Origin: an uncultured Gemmatimonadales bacterium
GTDB taxonomy: Bacteria > Gemmatimonadota > Gemmatimonadetes > Gemmatimonadales > Gemmatimonadaceae
DNA length: 64,000 nt
Direction of reading: 5' to 3'
Assembly: GCA_963793305.1 (NCBI GenBank)
Contig: CAWBZV010000014.1
Location: forward strand, 174,932 to 238,931
Below, piece after piece: positions 52,092-61,393 of the stretch; position 1 is the first letter of the stretch; each line of letters opens with the position of its first letter. The position numbers and the translations under genes were made by a program. The notes beneath the pieces are model-generated. The model was not told the origin of the DNA and made no database searches. It saw only the letters and a program-made list of their open reading frames with translations.

Positions 52092-55000
52092 ATGAGTCCC
52101 CGGCTGCGCAGGTCCGCGATAACATCGTGTGCGGCACTGGCTATCGTCGCCTGCACGTCACACAACGGGACCGGGCCACAAGGCCCTCCCGGTAGCCAAG
52201 CATTCGCCCCGTCTCACGATACGTCGCTCGCTGGGACAATTCAGTTCAAGTCGGTGACGATTCCCGCCGGCGTCACCGTCACGGCCACTGGGCCGCTGAC
52301 GCTCGAAGTATCGGGGGCCACTCAGATTGCCGGAACACTTGCGGCACCGTGTTACCCGCTCTCGTTGCTGGACAGCGGGACCGTGACCGTGAGTGGCACC
52401 GTCAACAACGCGTGCAACGGCCAGACGCCTGCGACATCGCCCGACCTCCGGATCTTCGGGCAAGGCGGCCTGGATTTCAACAACGCGACGTTCAAGAGTG
52501 CCGGCGCGCAGTTGTACACGAACGACACCACGCTAACCGATGTGTCGTTCGCCACCGCGGCGGCACCCAGCTCGGCGTCGCACGTCGACCAAACGACCAG
52601 CACCGGGTCGTGCAATGTAAGCGGCACGTCGTTCGTTGCCGATCAGGGAGCCAACGGGGCCGACGGCTCCCCGGTCGGCAAACCGGGTCAAGACGGCGAT
52701 CCATGGGCGCTCCAGTGTACGGGCACGCTCAATGTGAGCGCCGTGTCGGTGACGGGACAGAACGGCGGCAACGGCGGCAAGGGCACGTCGACCTCCGCGA
52801 CCACGGCCCAGGGTGGCCAGGGAGGAAAGGGCGGCACGCTCCGCGTGCGCGCCGCGGGCGACATCGTGTTCGCGGGCCAGAACACCCTTGCGGGTGGCAA
52901 CGGTGGCAATGGAGGCGCGGCGATCGGAGCCCCGACCGCACCGAGCGCGAACGCGAACGCCATCGGCGGAGCTGGTGGCGACGGCAGCAGTGGGTCGGGC
53001 AACAATGGTCCGGTCTCCGTGCAGGCCAAGGGCAATATCACGATCACCGGCCCGCTCGCCATTATCGTCGGCCACGGCGGAGCGGGAGGTGCGGCAACGG
53101 CTACAGCGACCAAGGGCGCCGATGGCAACCCAGGGCAGCCCGGGGGCGCAGCGAACGCGACCGGCGGCAAGGGAGGCAATACGCTGCCGTACACGTTGTC
53201 AGGGACCAATGCGTCCGGTCTCGCAAGCGTCATGGTCACCGGCGGTAATGCGGGCGTGGGTGGCAATGCGATCGCGAAAGGTGGGAACGGCGGGAACGGC
53301 ACCCAGGCCGCGGCGCCTGGCGGAAAGGGTGGCGACATGAAAGGCACAGGCGGCGCCGGTGGCAACGCGCAGGTCAAGGATCAGAATGGGGCCTTGATCG
53401 GCACGGGCGGGAATGCGGGCACTTTGGAGATCGATCTGGGGAATGGCGGCAACGGGTTCAGTGACTGCGTCGCCAATATGCCGACAGCGGCAGGCGGCAA
53501 TGGCGGCGCGGGGGGGAACGCCTCAGGTACGTTCGGAACGGCCGGTACGGGGCGGGCGGCCGGCGCGCCGGGCACGACCGCGGTCAACACGGCTGGCAAC
53601 GGAGGCACGGGCGGCAACGGCGTCGGTCCGGGTCAGGGAGGTCCGCCGGGATCGAACACGGCGGCCGGACCAGCGGGAGGCAATGGCCCTTCATTCGCGC
53701 GCGGCGCGAATGGCGCGACCTGTCCGGCGGTCGGACCACGGACGTTCACGGTCACGAACGGGGACGCGACGAACCAGCCGTGGCTCCTGGTGGCCGTTTC
53801 GATCAACGGCGCACCGTTCATCCAAATCACGCCGAGCGGACTGACGTGGCTGATGGATCTCAACGCGACGACCGACGGCACCGAGGTCGCTCTTGCCATT
53901 GTGCGCGCAACGTCCACCGGAACCACGATTGATGTGATCGACCGGCCCGCCTCATTCTTCCTGCAAAATGCCGCGACGGTCTACACGACCGGCATCGGCG
54001 GTCAAGCGACGGGCTCAGTGACGGCTACCGCGACGGCGACCACCGGTCAGACAGAGAAGATCGCGACGGGCCTGTCGAGCGCCATCGCGACGCCGCCGAG
54101 CACCGCGGTGACGTTGAGTCGCGCGTTACTGGGCAACTTCAGTGTCCGTTCGTGGATCAACTCGTCGTCTGGGCTTCCGCTCTCGTGGTCGTTCGATGTC
54201 GCGAACGTGACGAACGGCGAAGACATCTCTTCGTTGCTGCAGCCGCAACACTCGTATGCGTCCGTGACCGCAAACTCGTCGCTGGGGAGTCAGCGCTATT
54301 TCGTGGGCTACTCGGAGATCGGATCGGCGCTGGACGATGAATGCGATGATGGTGCGAGCGAGCCGTTTGGTCCGAAAGCAGGGTACGTGTTCTTCGAGCC
54401 AGGCAGCGGACCGAGCGGGTACAACCTGCCGGTCGCGGCCCTCGGCGACCTCCCCACGGGCGCGCTGCAGAACGTCAACATCAGGCTAGCGCCGACGCAA
54501 TCGTCATTCTCCCGGACTCGGTTGTTCTTCCGCATGCCGACCGCCCTCAACCTCACTCAGGCGCCATCGTACGCGATGCCGACCATCACCTCGGTGGCGG
54601 GCCCGATCCAAGCCTTCAACATCCAGGGACAGATTCAGTCGCCGTACCAGTATGCAGATTTCACGTACCGGACGACGTCCGGCGGCAAGAACTTTACGCT
54701 CCGCATGCATCTGGGCTACGAGCTGAGCGCGCTCAACGCAACGACGCCGACGGATGCGATGTTCAATCAGTACGGGCCTCCGACCAGCACGCCCGGGATC
54801 GGCACGTTCAAGGGATATAGCGCCGATCCGTACGTCATACCTACTGATGGTGCGCAGGTGTTCGAGGCGGGCTTCAGCTTCTACCGTGGCTCGTACGCGG
54901 CGCCGAGCTACACGCTCGCGGTCACGCCGAACCCCGTCAACGTCCCACAGGGCGGCACCGCACCGGTGCAACTCCAGATCACTCGCACGAACTTCACCGG

Positions 55001-55976
55001 CCAGGTGTACGTCGGGTCCTTCAGCGCCGGTGGCGTGTCCGTCGCGGGCACGGTGATCCCGGCGGGCCAAACCACCGGATCGGCGGTCATCGCCGCCGGA
55101 CCGTCGGCTGCCGCGGGTCAGCATACGGTGTCGATCGCCGCGGACGCGGTCGCGGGTGGTGTCGAATTGCCGTTCACAGACAATATCGCTGCCAACGTCA
55201 CGGCCGCGGCGCCGCAACTCGCGATCACACTCACGCCGTCGCCCGACACGATCCGGCTCGGCACCGGTGCCCAGTTCCAGAATTTCCGGATCGGCGTCCA
55301 CGTGACGCGGACGAACTTCACGGGACCCGTCAACGTCGACTTGGCCGGGTTCCCGGCAAATGCAGCCGGCGGAGCGTCGCTGTCGTACATGTCGCCGACT
55401 TCGTTCACGATCCCGGACGGGCAAAGCGATTCCGCGTTCGTGCTGTATGCCGGAGCTAATGCTCTACCGGCAACCCTTGTCTCGCCGGTCACCGCGATTG
55501 CCGCCCCGAATGGCACCACGCTTGAGGCCACGGCCTCCAGCACCGTCACGCTCCTCCCGTGGCCCGGCGCAACATTTAACGTCGCGGTCACGTCGAAGTT
55601 CGCCGCCGACAGCGTCTTGGACAAACTGTTCCAGATGGAGCAAGTCAAGCAGATCACGCTCAGTCCGCACCCCGACAGCATCGGGTACGGCATTTATGTC
55701 GTGTCGAGTCCGCAATCGCCGCCGTGGGCCACGTTGTCGGGAGGGATCGGCTTCAGCGATTCGTTGAGCTTCGGATTCAATGGGAGCATCCTGACCACAT
55801 TCCAAGGACAGCCGGTCAGTTACGAGCTGTCGGGCAACACCAATAGGGGCGTGATGAGCTTCGTGTTGGGGATCGTCTATCCATACCCGGGCAACGGGTC
55901 CGGCATCACGTACCTCGTGAATGGCACGCAATCCTCCGCCGGCGCACGAGTCAGCGCGCGGCCGCGCGCCCGATAA
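52092..55976 (+). CDS. Large surface lipoprotein with PGRS-like Gly-rich region and Ig-like repeats
   Basis: GGAGG RBS, LAIVAC lipobox, GGNGG/GGAGG repeats ~aa 190-545, two TRTNFTG repeats. Confidence 0.8.
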   Translation: MSPRLRRSAITSCAALAIVACTSHNGTGPQGPPGSQAFAPSHDTSLAGTIQFKSVTIPAGVTVTATGPLTLEVSGATQIAGTLAAPCYPLSLLDSGTVTVSGTVNNACNGQTPATSPDLRIFGQGGLDFNNATFKSAGAQLYTNDTTLTDVSFATAAAPSSASHVDQTTSTGSCNVSGTSFVADQGANGADGSPVGKPGQDGDPWALQCTGTLNVSAVSVTGQNGGNGGKGTSTSATTAQGGQGGKGGTLRVRAAGDIVFAGQNTLAGGNGGNGGAAIGAPTAPSANANAIGGAGGDGSSGSGNNGPVSVQAKGNITITGPLAIIVGHGGAGGAATATATKGADGNPGQPGGAANATGGKGGNTLPYTLSGTNASGLASVMVTGGNAGVGGNAIAKGGNGGNGTQAAAPGGKGGDMKGTGGAGGNAQVKDQNGALIGTGGNAGTLEIDLGNGGNGFSDCVANMPTAAGGNGGAGGNASGTFGTAGTGRAAGAPGTTAVNTAGNGGTGGNGVGPGQGGPPGSNTAAGPAGGNGPSFARGANGATCPAVGPRTFTVTNGDATNQPWLLVAVSINGAPFIQITPSGLTWLMDLNATTDGTEVALAIVRATSTGTTIDVIDRPASFFLQNAATVYTTGIGGQATGSVTATATATTGQTEKIATGLSSAIATPPSTAVTLSRALLGNFSVRSWINSSSGLPLSWSFDVANVTNGEDISSLLQPQHSYASVTANSSLGSQRYFVGYSEIGSALDDECDDGASEPFGPKAGYVFFEPGSGPSGYNLPVAALGDLPTGALQNVNIRLAPTQSSFSRTRLFFRMPTALNLTQAPSYAMPTITSVAGPIQAFNIQGQIQSPYQYADFTYRTTSGGKNFTLRMHLGYELSALNATTPTDAMFNQYGPPTSTPGIGTFKGYSADPYVIPTDGAQVFEAGFSFYRGSYAAPSYTLAVTPNPVNVPQGGTAPVQLQITRTNFTGQVYVGSFSAGGVSVAGTVIPAGQTTGSAVIAAGPSAAAGQHTVSIAADAVAGGVELPFTDNIAANVTAAAPQLAITLTPSPDTIRLGTGAQFQNFRIGVHVTRTNFTGPVNVDLAGFPANAAGGASLSYMSPTSFTIPDGQSDSAFVLYAGANALPATLVSPVTAIAAPNGTTLEATASSTVTLLPWPGATFNVAVTSKFAADSVLDKLFQMEQVKQITLSPHPDSIGYGIYVVSSPQSPPWATLSGGIGFSDSLSFGFNGSILTTFQGQPVSYELSGNTNRGVMSFVLGIVYPYPGNGSGITYLVNGTQSSAGARVSARPRAR

Positions 55977-56100
55977 CCTGGCGCACATCATCACGGATGC
56001 CATGGTTTCGCGCAGATCTACTGCTCGCGCGCCTGGCTGCGCAGTAGCCGGGTTGTGGGGCAGGCCACGGATCGTCTAAGTTTTGTGCACAGTACTACTT

Positions 56101-56140
56101 GGATGGGTGGCCGAGTGGTTGAAGGCACCGGTCTCGAAAA
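56101..56140 (+). tRNA. 5' half of tRNA-Ser(CGA), second copy (non-functional fragment)
   Basis: Identical to 50658-50697. Confidence 0.88.
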
Positions 56141-56191
56141 TCGATTCTGCCGTTTGCACTGATCTGCATGGCCCTGTAAGTCGTTGCAATT

Positions 56192-56226
56192 GCGGCGCCG
56201 ATGTGATCCAGCATCGGCGCCGCTTT
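56192..56226 (+). terminator. GC-rich hairpin, putative terminator
   Basis: GCGGCGCCGATG / CATCGGCGCCGC perfect 12-bp stem followed by TTT. Confidence 0.5.
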
Positions 56227-56279
56227 GCATCTGTCTGCGCGGTTTAGGCGGGTTATGTCCCCAAGGATGTCCCCACGTT

Positions 56280-57098
56280 CTAGGCTGCAGTCGGTGACTG
56301 CGGGGGGTTCTCGCCGCCGGCGGGCAGTTGGCTCAAGTCGATTCCCCAGGCGTATGCAGGATCGATTTGGACTCCCAACGCCTCGTGCACCATGGCGCAG
56401 AAAAAGAGCCCGGTCCTCGCCAAGTACTCGACGGTGTTCTCGCACTCGGGAACAGGCGGAGGTACGGGCTCACCGCCGTGCACTATGGCCTGACGCAGCT
56501 TATCAAGCTGCTCAAGCCGCTCCCTATCATACTGGTAATTGCCAACCGGCGCGAAACCCTTTGGGGGTTGGCAAATCTCGAACAGCCTGTCGGCCCGGGC
56601 GAGCAGGGGCTCACGGTCCAGACCCCGCACGTAAGTATCAAGTCGACCCGCGAGCAACGATTGCGCATCCTGCGCGCGAAGCTCTTCGAACGTCACTGTT
56701 CGTCTTTCTACGTATTTCTCCCAGCGGGTGGGGGCGAGTAAAAGAGTAACGCGACACAAATCGGATAGCGCTGCGTCAACAGCGGCATGCATGAATTCCA
56801 ATGATGCACCGTCCACTACCCGCCAAAATCCGTTGACTCGTCGCGCTGTGAATCCCTGGGCAACCTCTTTGATGCCACCGAGGAACGCGACCGCGGCCTT
56901 GGGGTCGGAGAAGATTTTAGAGTACGCGCCGTTCTCGATATCCTTCGCGAGGCGATAGTTCTCTGCCGACAACTTTAACATGGCAGCCGGGAAGCCCTGC
57001 GTTATGAGTTGACGGAAGCTCGAGATTTCCCCCTGTCGTTCAATGAGATTCGTGAACACGCGGCTATAGAGGCGCACCGCCTCGTCTTGCGTCGCCAT
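56280..57098 (-). CDS. Putative HEPN domain protein
   Basis: Helical protein with LRQAIVHGG (Rx4H) near the C-terminus. Confidence 0.6.
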   Translation of the reverse strand: MATQDEAVRLYSRVFTNLIERQGEISSFRQLITQGFPAAMLKLSAENYRLAKDIENGAYSKIFSDPKAAVAFLGGIKEVAQGFTARRVNGFWRVVDGASLEFMHAAVDAALSDLCRVTLLLAPTRWEKYVERRTVTFEELRAQDAQSLLAGRLDTYVRGLDREPLLARADRLFEICQPPKGFAPVGNYQYDRERLEQLDKLRQAIVHGGEPVPPPVPECENTVEYLARTGLFFCAMVHEALGVQIDPAYAWGIDLSQLPAGGENPPQSPTAA

Positions 57099-57451
57099 TT
57101 GTCGGCAAGTCCTCATGGCATCGGTTTGCGTGAGCGCTCGGGCCCGAATCTATGAACCTAGTGGTATGGATTGGGACAGGCTCGCTCGCCGGTTACCTGC
57201 TTCGAGGGCCGATCACCGATGGACATTTCGAACGAGATTGCGGTATCGCAACCGTGGATGTTCCGACCTCGGTCTCTATCTGCGGCCGAGGGAGTACACG
57301 CGGCTCACTCGGTAGGGCGACATCTCGCAGAAATAGCGTTACTATCAACCCTGTTAGCTACGAACCTCGTGGCGCGATAAAACGGTCTCTGTCCGCCCAC
57401 ACGATGGTTCGCACAGTTCGGGTATCCAGGCTTCACGTTGAAGGAACCGAG

Positions 57452-57634
57452 ATGGCGACTGCTCCAAGATCGTTCGTTGTCATGGACACTAACGTCTACA
57501 GACGACTTGGTCACGGCAAGACCGTCGAACAGGCGAGGCGTAAAGGCGAAGGTCTTGCGACTCACAACGCACGACTCGGTATTCAAGCCCTGGCGCACCC
57601 GTCGGCAAGCTTGAGGCGGATCGTCCGGAACTAG
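57452..57634 (+). pseudogene. Truncated PIN-like ORF
   Basis: FVVMDTNVYR start motif but only 60 codons; abuts the next gene. Confidence 0.45.
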
Positions 57635-58548
57635 TGCCGGACGTCAGAGGTGGGTCACACTTCGTTCTGGCATCGGACTACAGCGGCCAACATGCTGGCG
57701 CGACTCATAAGACATATTCATTCTTACTGGCGAGCGTGGATCAGTCGCAGAGCTGGGAGGTCGCGCGCGCAAGATTTCGGGAGCGTCTCGGAGATCAGAG
57801 ACGAATCAGCTATAAGGATCTTCGCGATCAACGTAAGTGGAGAGCCCTTCCAGAATTCTTGGCCGCTGCGGATCAGATTGTCGGTGTACTGGCGACTTTT
57901 ATAGTCGATCGGCGTTTCGATACGCTGTTACCACCTACGATCAACGATCAGATCGGCTCTTTGTTGCCTCAAACGTTGCCGGTGCCCAGTTCAGCGATCC
58001 TCGAAGACATGGTGAGGACAGCTCATTTTATCGTGTTGTTGATAGCCGGGCTCCTTCGCGACGATCAGGGCGTTCAATGGATTACGGACGAAGATGCGAT
58101 CGTGCAGAATGAGATACGGCAGACACAGATGCGGTCTGTTTTGAGCACGGTCAGTAAAGCGCATCACAAGGAAGTGCCGTACTTGAAGTTTTTCAACATG
58201 GGCCTGACCAGCAGCCCCGACCCAAGTCGTATTATTGAGGACTTCGCTAGCATCCCCGATCTCGCGGCTGGTGCGGTTGCTAGCTACTTCGAGGAACGAC
58301 CAGAGTTGTTGTCGCAGGCAGAGCGTGGAAGGCTCGACCCGCCACCCAAGAACATGCAGGCGAAGACCTATCAAATACTCGACTGGATCGGGTCGAAGAA
58401 CGTGCCGTTGAAGCGTTGGACATTCTTGCTCACGCCCACATCACCGCCGGCTCATAGTGTGTGGGCATCGCTTCTGCGGGTGGTCGGCCCTGGCCACACG
58501 CCGAGGGGACTGCCTGTCACGTTCGCGCGAACGCGCCGCTCGAGTTGA
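57634..58548 (+). CDS. DUF3800-like (RNase H fold) hypothetical protein
   Basis: LASDYSG, ISYKDL, WITDED, IPDLAAGA acidic pattern. Confidence 0.55.
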   Translation: MPDVRGGSHFVLASDYSGQHAGATHKTYSFLLASVDQSQSWEVARARFRERLGDQRRISYKDLRDQRKWRALPEFLAAADQIVGVLATFIVDRRFDTLLPPTINDQIGSLLPQTLPVPSSAILEDMVRTAHFIVLLIAGLLRDDQGVQWITDEDAIVQNEIRQTQMRSVLSTVSKAHHKEVPYLKFFNMGLTSSPDPSRIIEDFASIPDLAAGAVASYFEERPELLSQAERGRLDPPPKNMQAKTYQILDWIGSKNVPLKRWTFLLTPTSPPAHSVWASLLRVVGPGHTPRGLPVTFARTRRSS

Positions 58549-58600
58549 CCTGTTCCCTCGCGCTGGCAGCTGCCTTGATCGACGGCTTCGTCGTTATCAC

Positions 58601-60022
58601 TCAATACCTCGTGTCGATGTACACTGCGTGACGGCCGGGACATGGGTACCCACTCTTGTCACGATGAGGCCGCAGGGTGGAACTTCTGGTCTTGTGGTAA
58701 AAGCGCTTGCCGCAATAGCTGCACTCGTACACGTAGGTCGGACCGCTGCCAGTCCGGTGTTGACGTGACGACGGGCGTGGTCGCATGCGGTTCACTGTAC
58801 CGCGACCGGATTGACGTCCAGCTACCGGCTTGAGATGCACTGGTCCTTCTGGGGTCAGCTCCACCTCATATCGCGGCTCGAACGTCTGATTCGTAATGCG
58901 CGCGCCGGTGATGCGATCAACGCGGTAACTCCGGTGTTCACCTCGGGTGACGCTGAATGTGTGGAGTAGGACGTTGCCATCGGCAGTTCGGCGGAGTGAG
59001 TATGGTTCGATTCGTCGCGTGGAATTCTGATAGTCCAGATCCACACAGAGACGGTTTGAACCCGCGAACCTGATGATTTCGAGAAACGACTGCGACTGCA
59101 TTGGCAAGTGCAGGCGTAGTTGTCGACTGCGAAGCACGGTCTCGCCTGATCCCACCACATACGCAGCAGGAACCACTGGTGCCGCGCCACCCTCTAACCA
59201 TTCAAAGAACGCGGGCAAGACGTTCCAGAACGACTCAAGCGGCGGCAAAGCTGGTAGTTGATGCGCGAGCATGGTCGTCCAGCCGCCATCTAAGTCGCTT
59301 CTATGCGGGAGGAGATCTACAAACTTGGGCACGGAGATCCCCTTGAAGGCGCACTTCTGCTTCAGTACGTCGAGTAAGACTGAAGCGGAAGGCCGCGCAT
59401 GTTCGTTGCGAAACAGGTTGATCACGTCATACAAGTCGCGCGGCCGTGTTCGTTCGGCTAGGGCTCGTATTTTTTCGCCGAACGCCTCTTCGTACGCATA
59501 CGCAAGGATTTGAATTCCATCCGTGGGCGCATCGCTATAAGGATGGAAGATCGGAACCCTTGCAGGTGGCAGGACAACTCTCTCGTCGGCTGTGAGATCC
59601 AGCTTAATGCGGGGCAGTCCTCCAGAGACAGGAGACACAGGCCCACGGTAGCTGAGCTTCGCCTGACACGACCGCTGGCCACGCGGGTTGTCGTAAATGT
59701 CAAAATCTTGCTTGTCGACGGGCAGCTCGAACCCCGCTTGCTCGTAGACCCATTCACTGATTTCGCCGAACACCCGCTTCAAGAAGGTCTGATCGATATG
59801 AGACGCATCGGTCAGCGTGAAGTCCAGATCCTCAGAAAAGCGGTAGGTCTCGAAGAAGCATTTCTTGAGACACGTCCCTCCTTTGAAGATCCAGGTCTCC
59901 GCCAAAGCAGAATGCGCATTGATGCCAGCGAGCACCCATCCCAGTACAACGTCTTTTTCGATAACGTGCGGGTTGAGGCCCGTCGCCGTCGCAGCGTCGA
60001 TAATCTCGCGGCGATCAATCAC
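58601..60022 (-). CDS. AbiEii-type nucleotidyltransferase toxin fused to WYL and C-terminal Zn finger
   Basis: IEKD, FKGGTCLKK, RFSEDLDF, EKIRAL, RPRDLYD; RRIEPYSL..RSYRVDRI; CSYC..H..C. Confidence 0.88.
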   Translation of the reverse strand: MIDRREIIDAATATGLNPHVIEKDVVLGWVLAGINAHSALAETWIFKGGTCLKKCFFETYRFSEDLDFTLTDASHIDQTFLKRVFGEISEWVYEQAGFELPVDKQDFDIYDNPRGQRSCQAKLSYRGPVSPVSGGLPRIKLDLTADERVVLPPARVPIFHPYSDAPTDGIQILAYAYEEAFGEKIRALAERTRPRDLYDVINLFRNEHARPSASVLLDVLKQKCAFKGISVPKFVDLLPHRSDLDGGWTTMLAHQLPALPPLESFWNVLPAFFEWLEGGAAPVVPAAYVVGSGETVLRSRQLRLHLPMQSQSFLEIIRFAGSNRLCVDLDYQNSTRRIEPYSLRRTADGNVLLHTFSVTRGEHRSYRVDRITGARITNQTFEPRYEVELTPEGPVHLKPVAGRQSGRGTVNRMRPRPSSRQHRTGSGPTYVYECSYCGKRFYHKTRSSTLRPHRDKSGYPCPGRHAVYIDTRY

Positions 60023-60822
60023 GATGCTCTCGTTGCGCCCACGTATTGGGAATCCAGAGGCGCCACCGTGTGACTAGTCGTTGCGCTGGAAGGGCCGGAT
60101 CGAGCGCCGTGGTGCCCTTGGTGATGCGTTTCTCGCACGATGCCACAAGCGATTCCGTTCCGGGCTCTCGTTCGGCGAGAAACCCGAGTCGCTTGAAAAC
60201 CGCGCCATTGCGTAAGTGCGTGGCGTACTCGATCAGTCGCGTATCGTTTCGATCGGGCCGTCGGAGGTACGCGTGAAAGCAATCGGAGACGAATTGAATC
60301 CCACTACCAAGCGCCGGATCGTCCAGCATGTCGATGATGGTGCGGTGAACGTCCGAGACCATGACTTTCGTCTGCCGCCGCCAAACGGTCTTCGTACCGA
60401 AGACCTTGTCCTTTTGGATATGCGTCAGCGTGAATTCGGCCCCGTGGCGAAGCTGTCGCTTTTGGCGAACGATTTGAGTAGTGAGCACAACGATATCCCT
60501 GAACAGCTGCTCGGTGAGGTCCCAGTGGTGTGCTGCGGTGCGGCCACCGATATAGCCAGGTGCAAAGAGACTCGGGACCAGAATCCAAGGATCGTCTAGT
60601 ACATGCTCGCTCGCCAAAGACTCGAGCTGCACCGGCACGTAGGTGCCGCTGCCGACTCTTCGCAGCCATCCTTGGCTGGCCCACCGCGAGAGGAGTTTCG
60701 CGGCATCGACGCGTGAGACACCGAGCGTGCTCGCCGTGTGCTCGATGTCCACGAACGTCGCCCGCAGAGCGGACAACGTCCGCCAATCGGGCTCGGCCGC
60801 GAGGGAGTTCGGGTGTGGGCAT
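60015..60822 (-). CDS. AbiEi-type (type IV TA) antitoxin (frameshift near 60765)
   Basis: wHTH LSRWASQGWLRRVGSGTY, YIGGRTAAHHWDLTEQ, SDVHRTIIDML, KRLGFL; overlaps the toxin start. Confidence 0.85.
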
Positions 60823-61393
60823 CCGCTCTTTCATATACCGTTATTCGCGAAAAATGGGAAATACAGCACATGCAATGTACTACAGTCCAATGGGGATGGA
60901 CTACACAGTGCGCGAAAATCTCATAAATCGCGAAATATTGCAGTTGTGTAGTAGTGGCGCCGACCAACCTCTCGGCGCACGCTGGAAGTGCCATTGCGGT
61001 TAGGCCCAGGTGGGCCTAACATTGCCTCCAGCGCCTGGCCAATTGGGGCCGGCGAAAAATAGGGGGAGAGTATGACCCGTTTCCGACGCGGGTGAGGATA
61101 CCGCGTTCGGGCACCTCAGCAGCGCGCGCAGATCGCTGCTGAGCATCCGGACGCTGACGCTGGAAGGCGTCGTCTTCTCGTCGCGTGACGTGCTCTCGTT
61201 GTTGGATCGTGCCCTCGCGCGCCTTTGGGCGGCGGAGGCCCGCATCGCGGCCGAGCGCATGACGATCTCCAGTGGTTCCGATTGGAACCGGGAGAGCGCA
61301 TGACAGTGATCACAGCCCTCGACGCGCGTTCGTTTGCTCGAAGCGGCTACACTCTCCCCGGCCGCGACGCGCGGCGCGTGGTGGTGGAGAGAG

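Larger units (their letters stand above)
56050..56274 (+). repeat. att-like repeat copy 2
   Basis: Same layout as copy 1: TTGTGG..TAAGTT, tRNA half, hairpin, ATGTCCCC-AAGG-ATGTCCCC. Confidence 0.9.

Noticed and set aside
52092..55976. Mycobacterial PE_PGRS gene
   Set aside because: No PE domain; it has a lipoprotein signal instead.
50581..56274. CRISPR array
   Set aside because: Only two long repeats 5.4 kb apart, no spacer periodicity and no cas genes.
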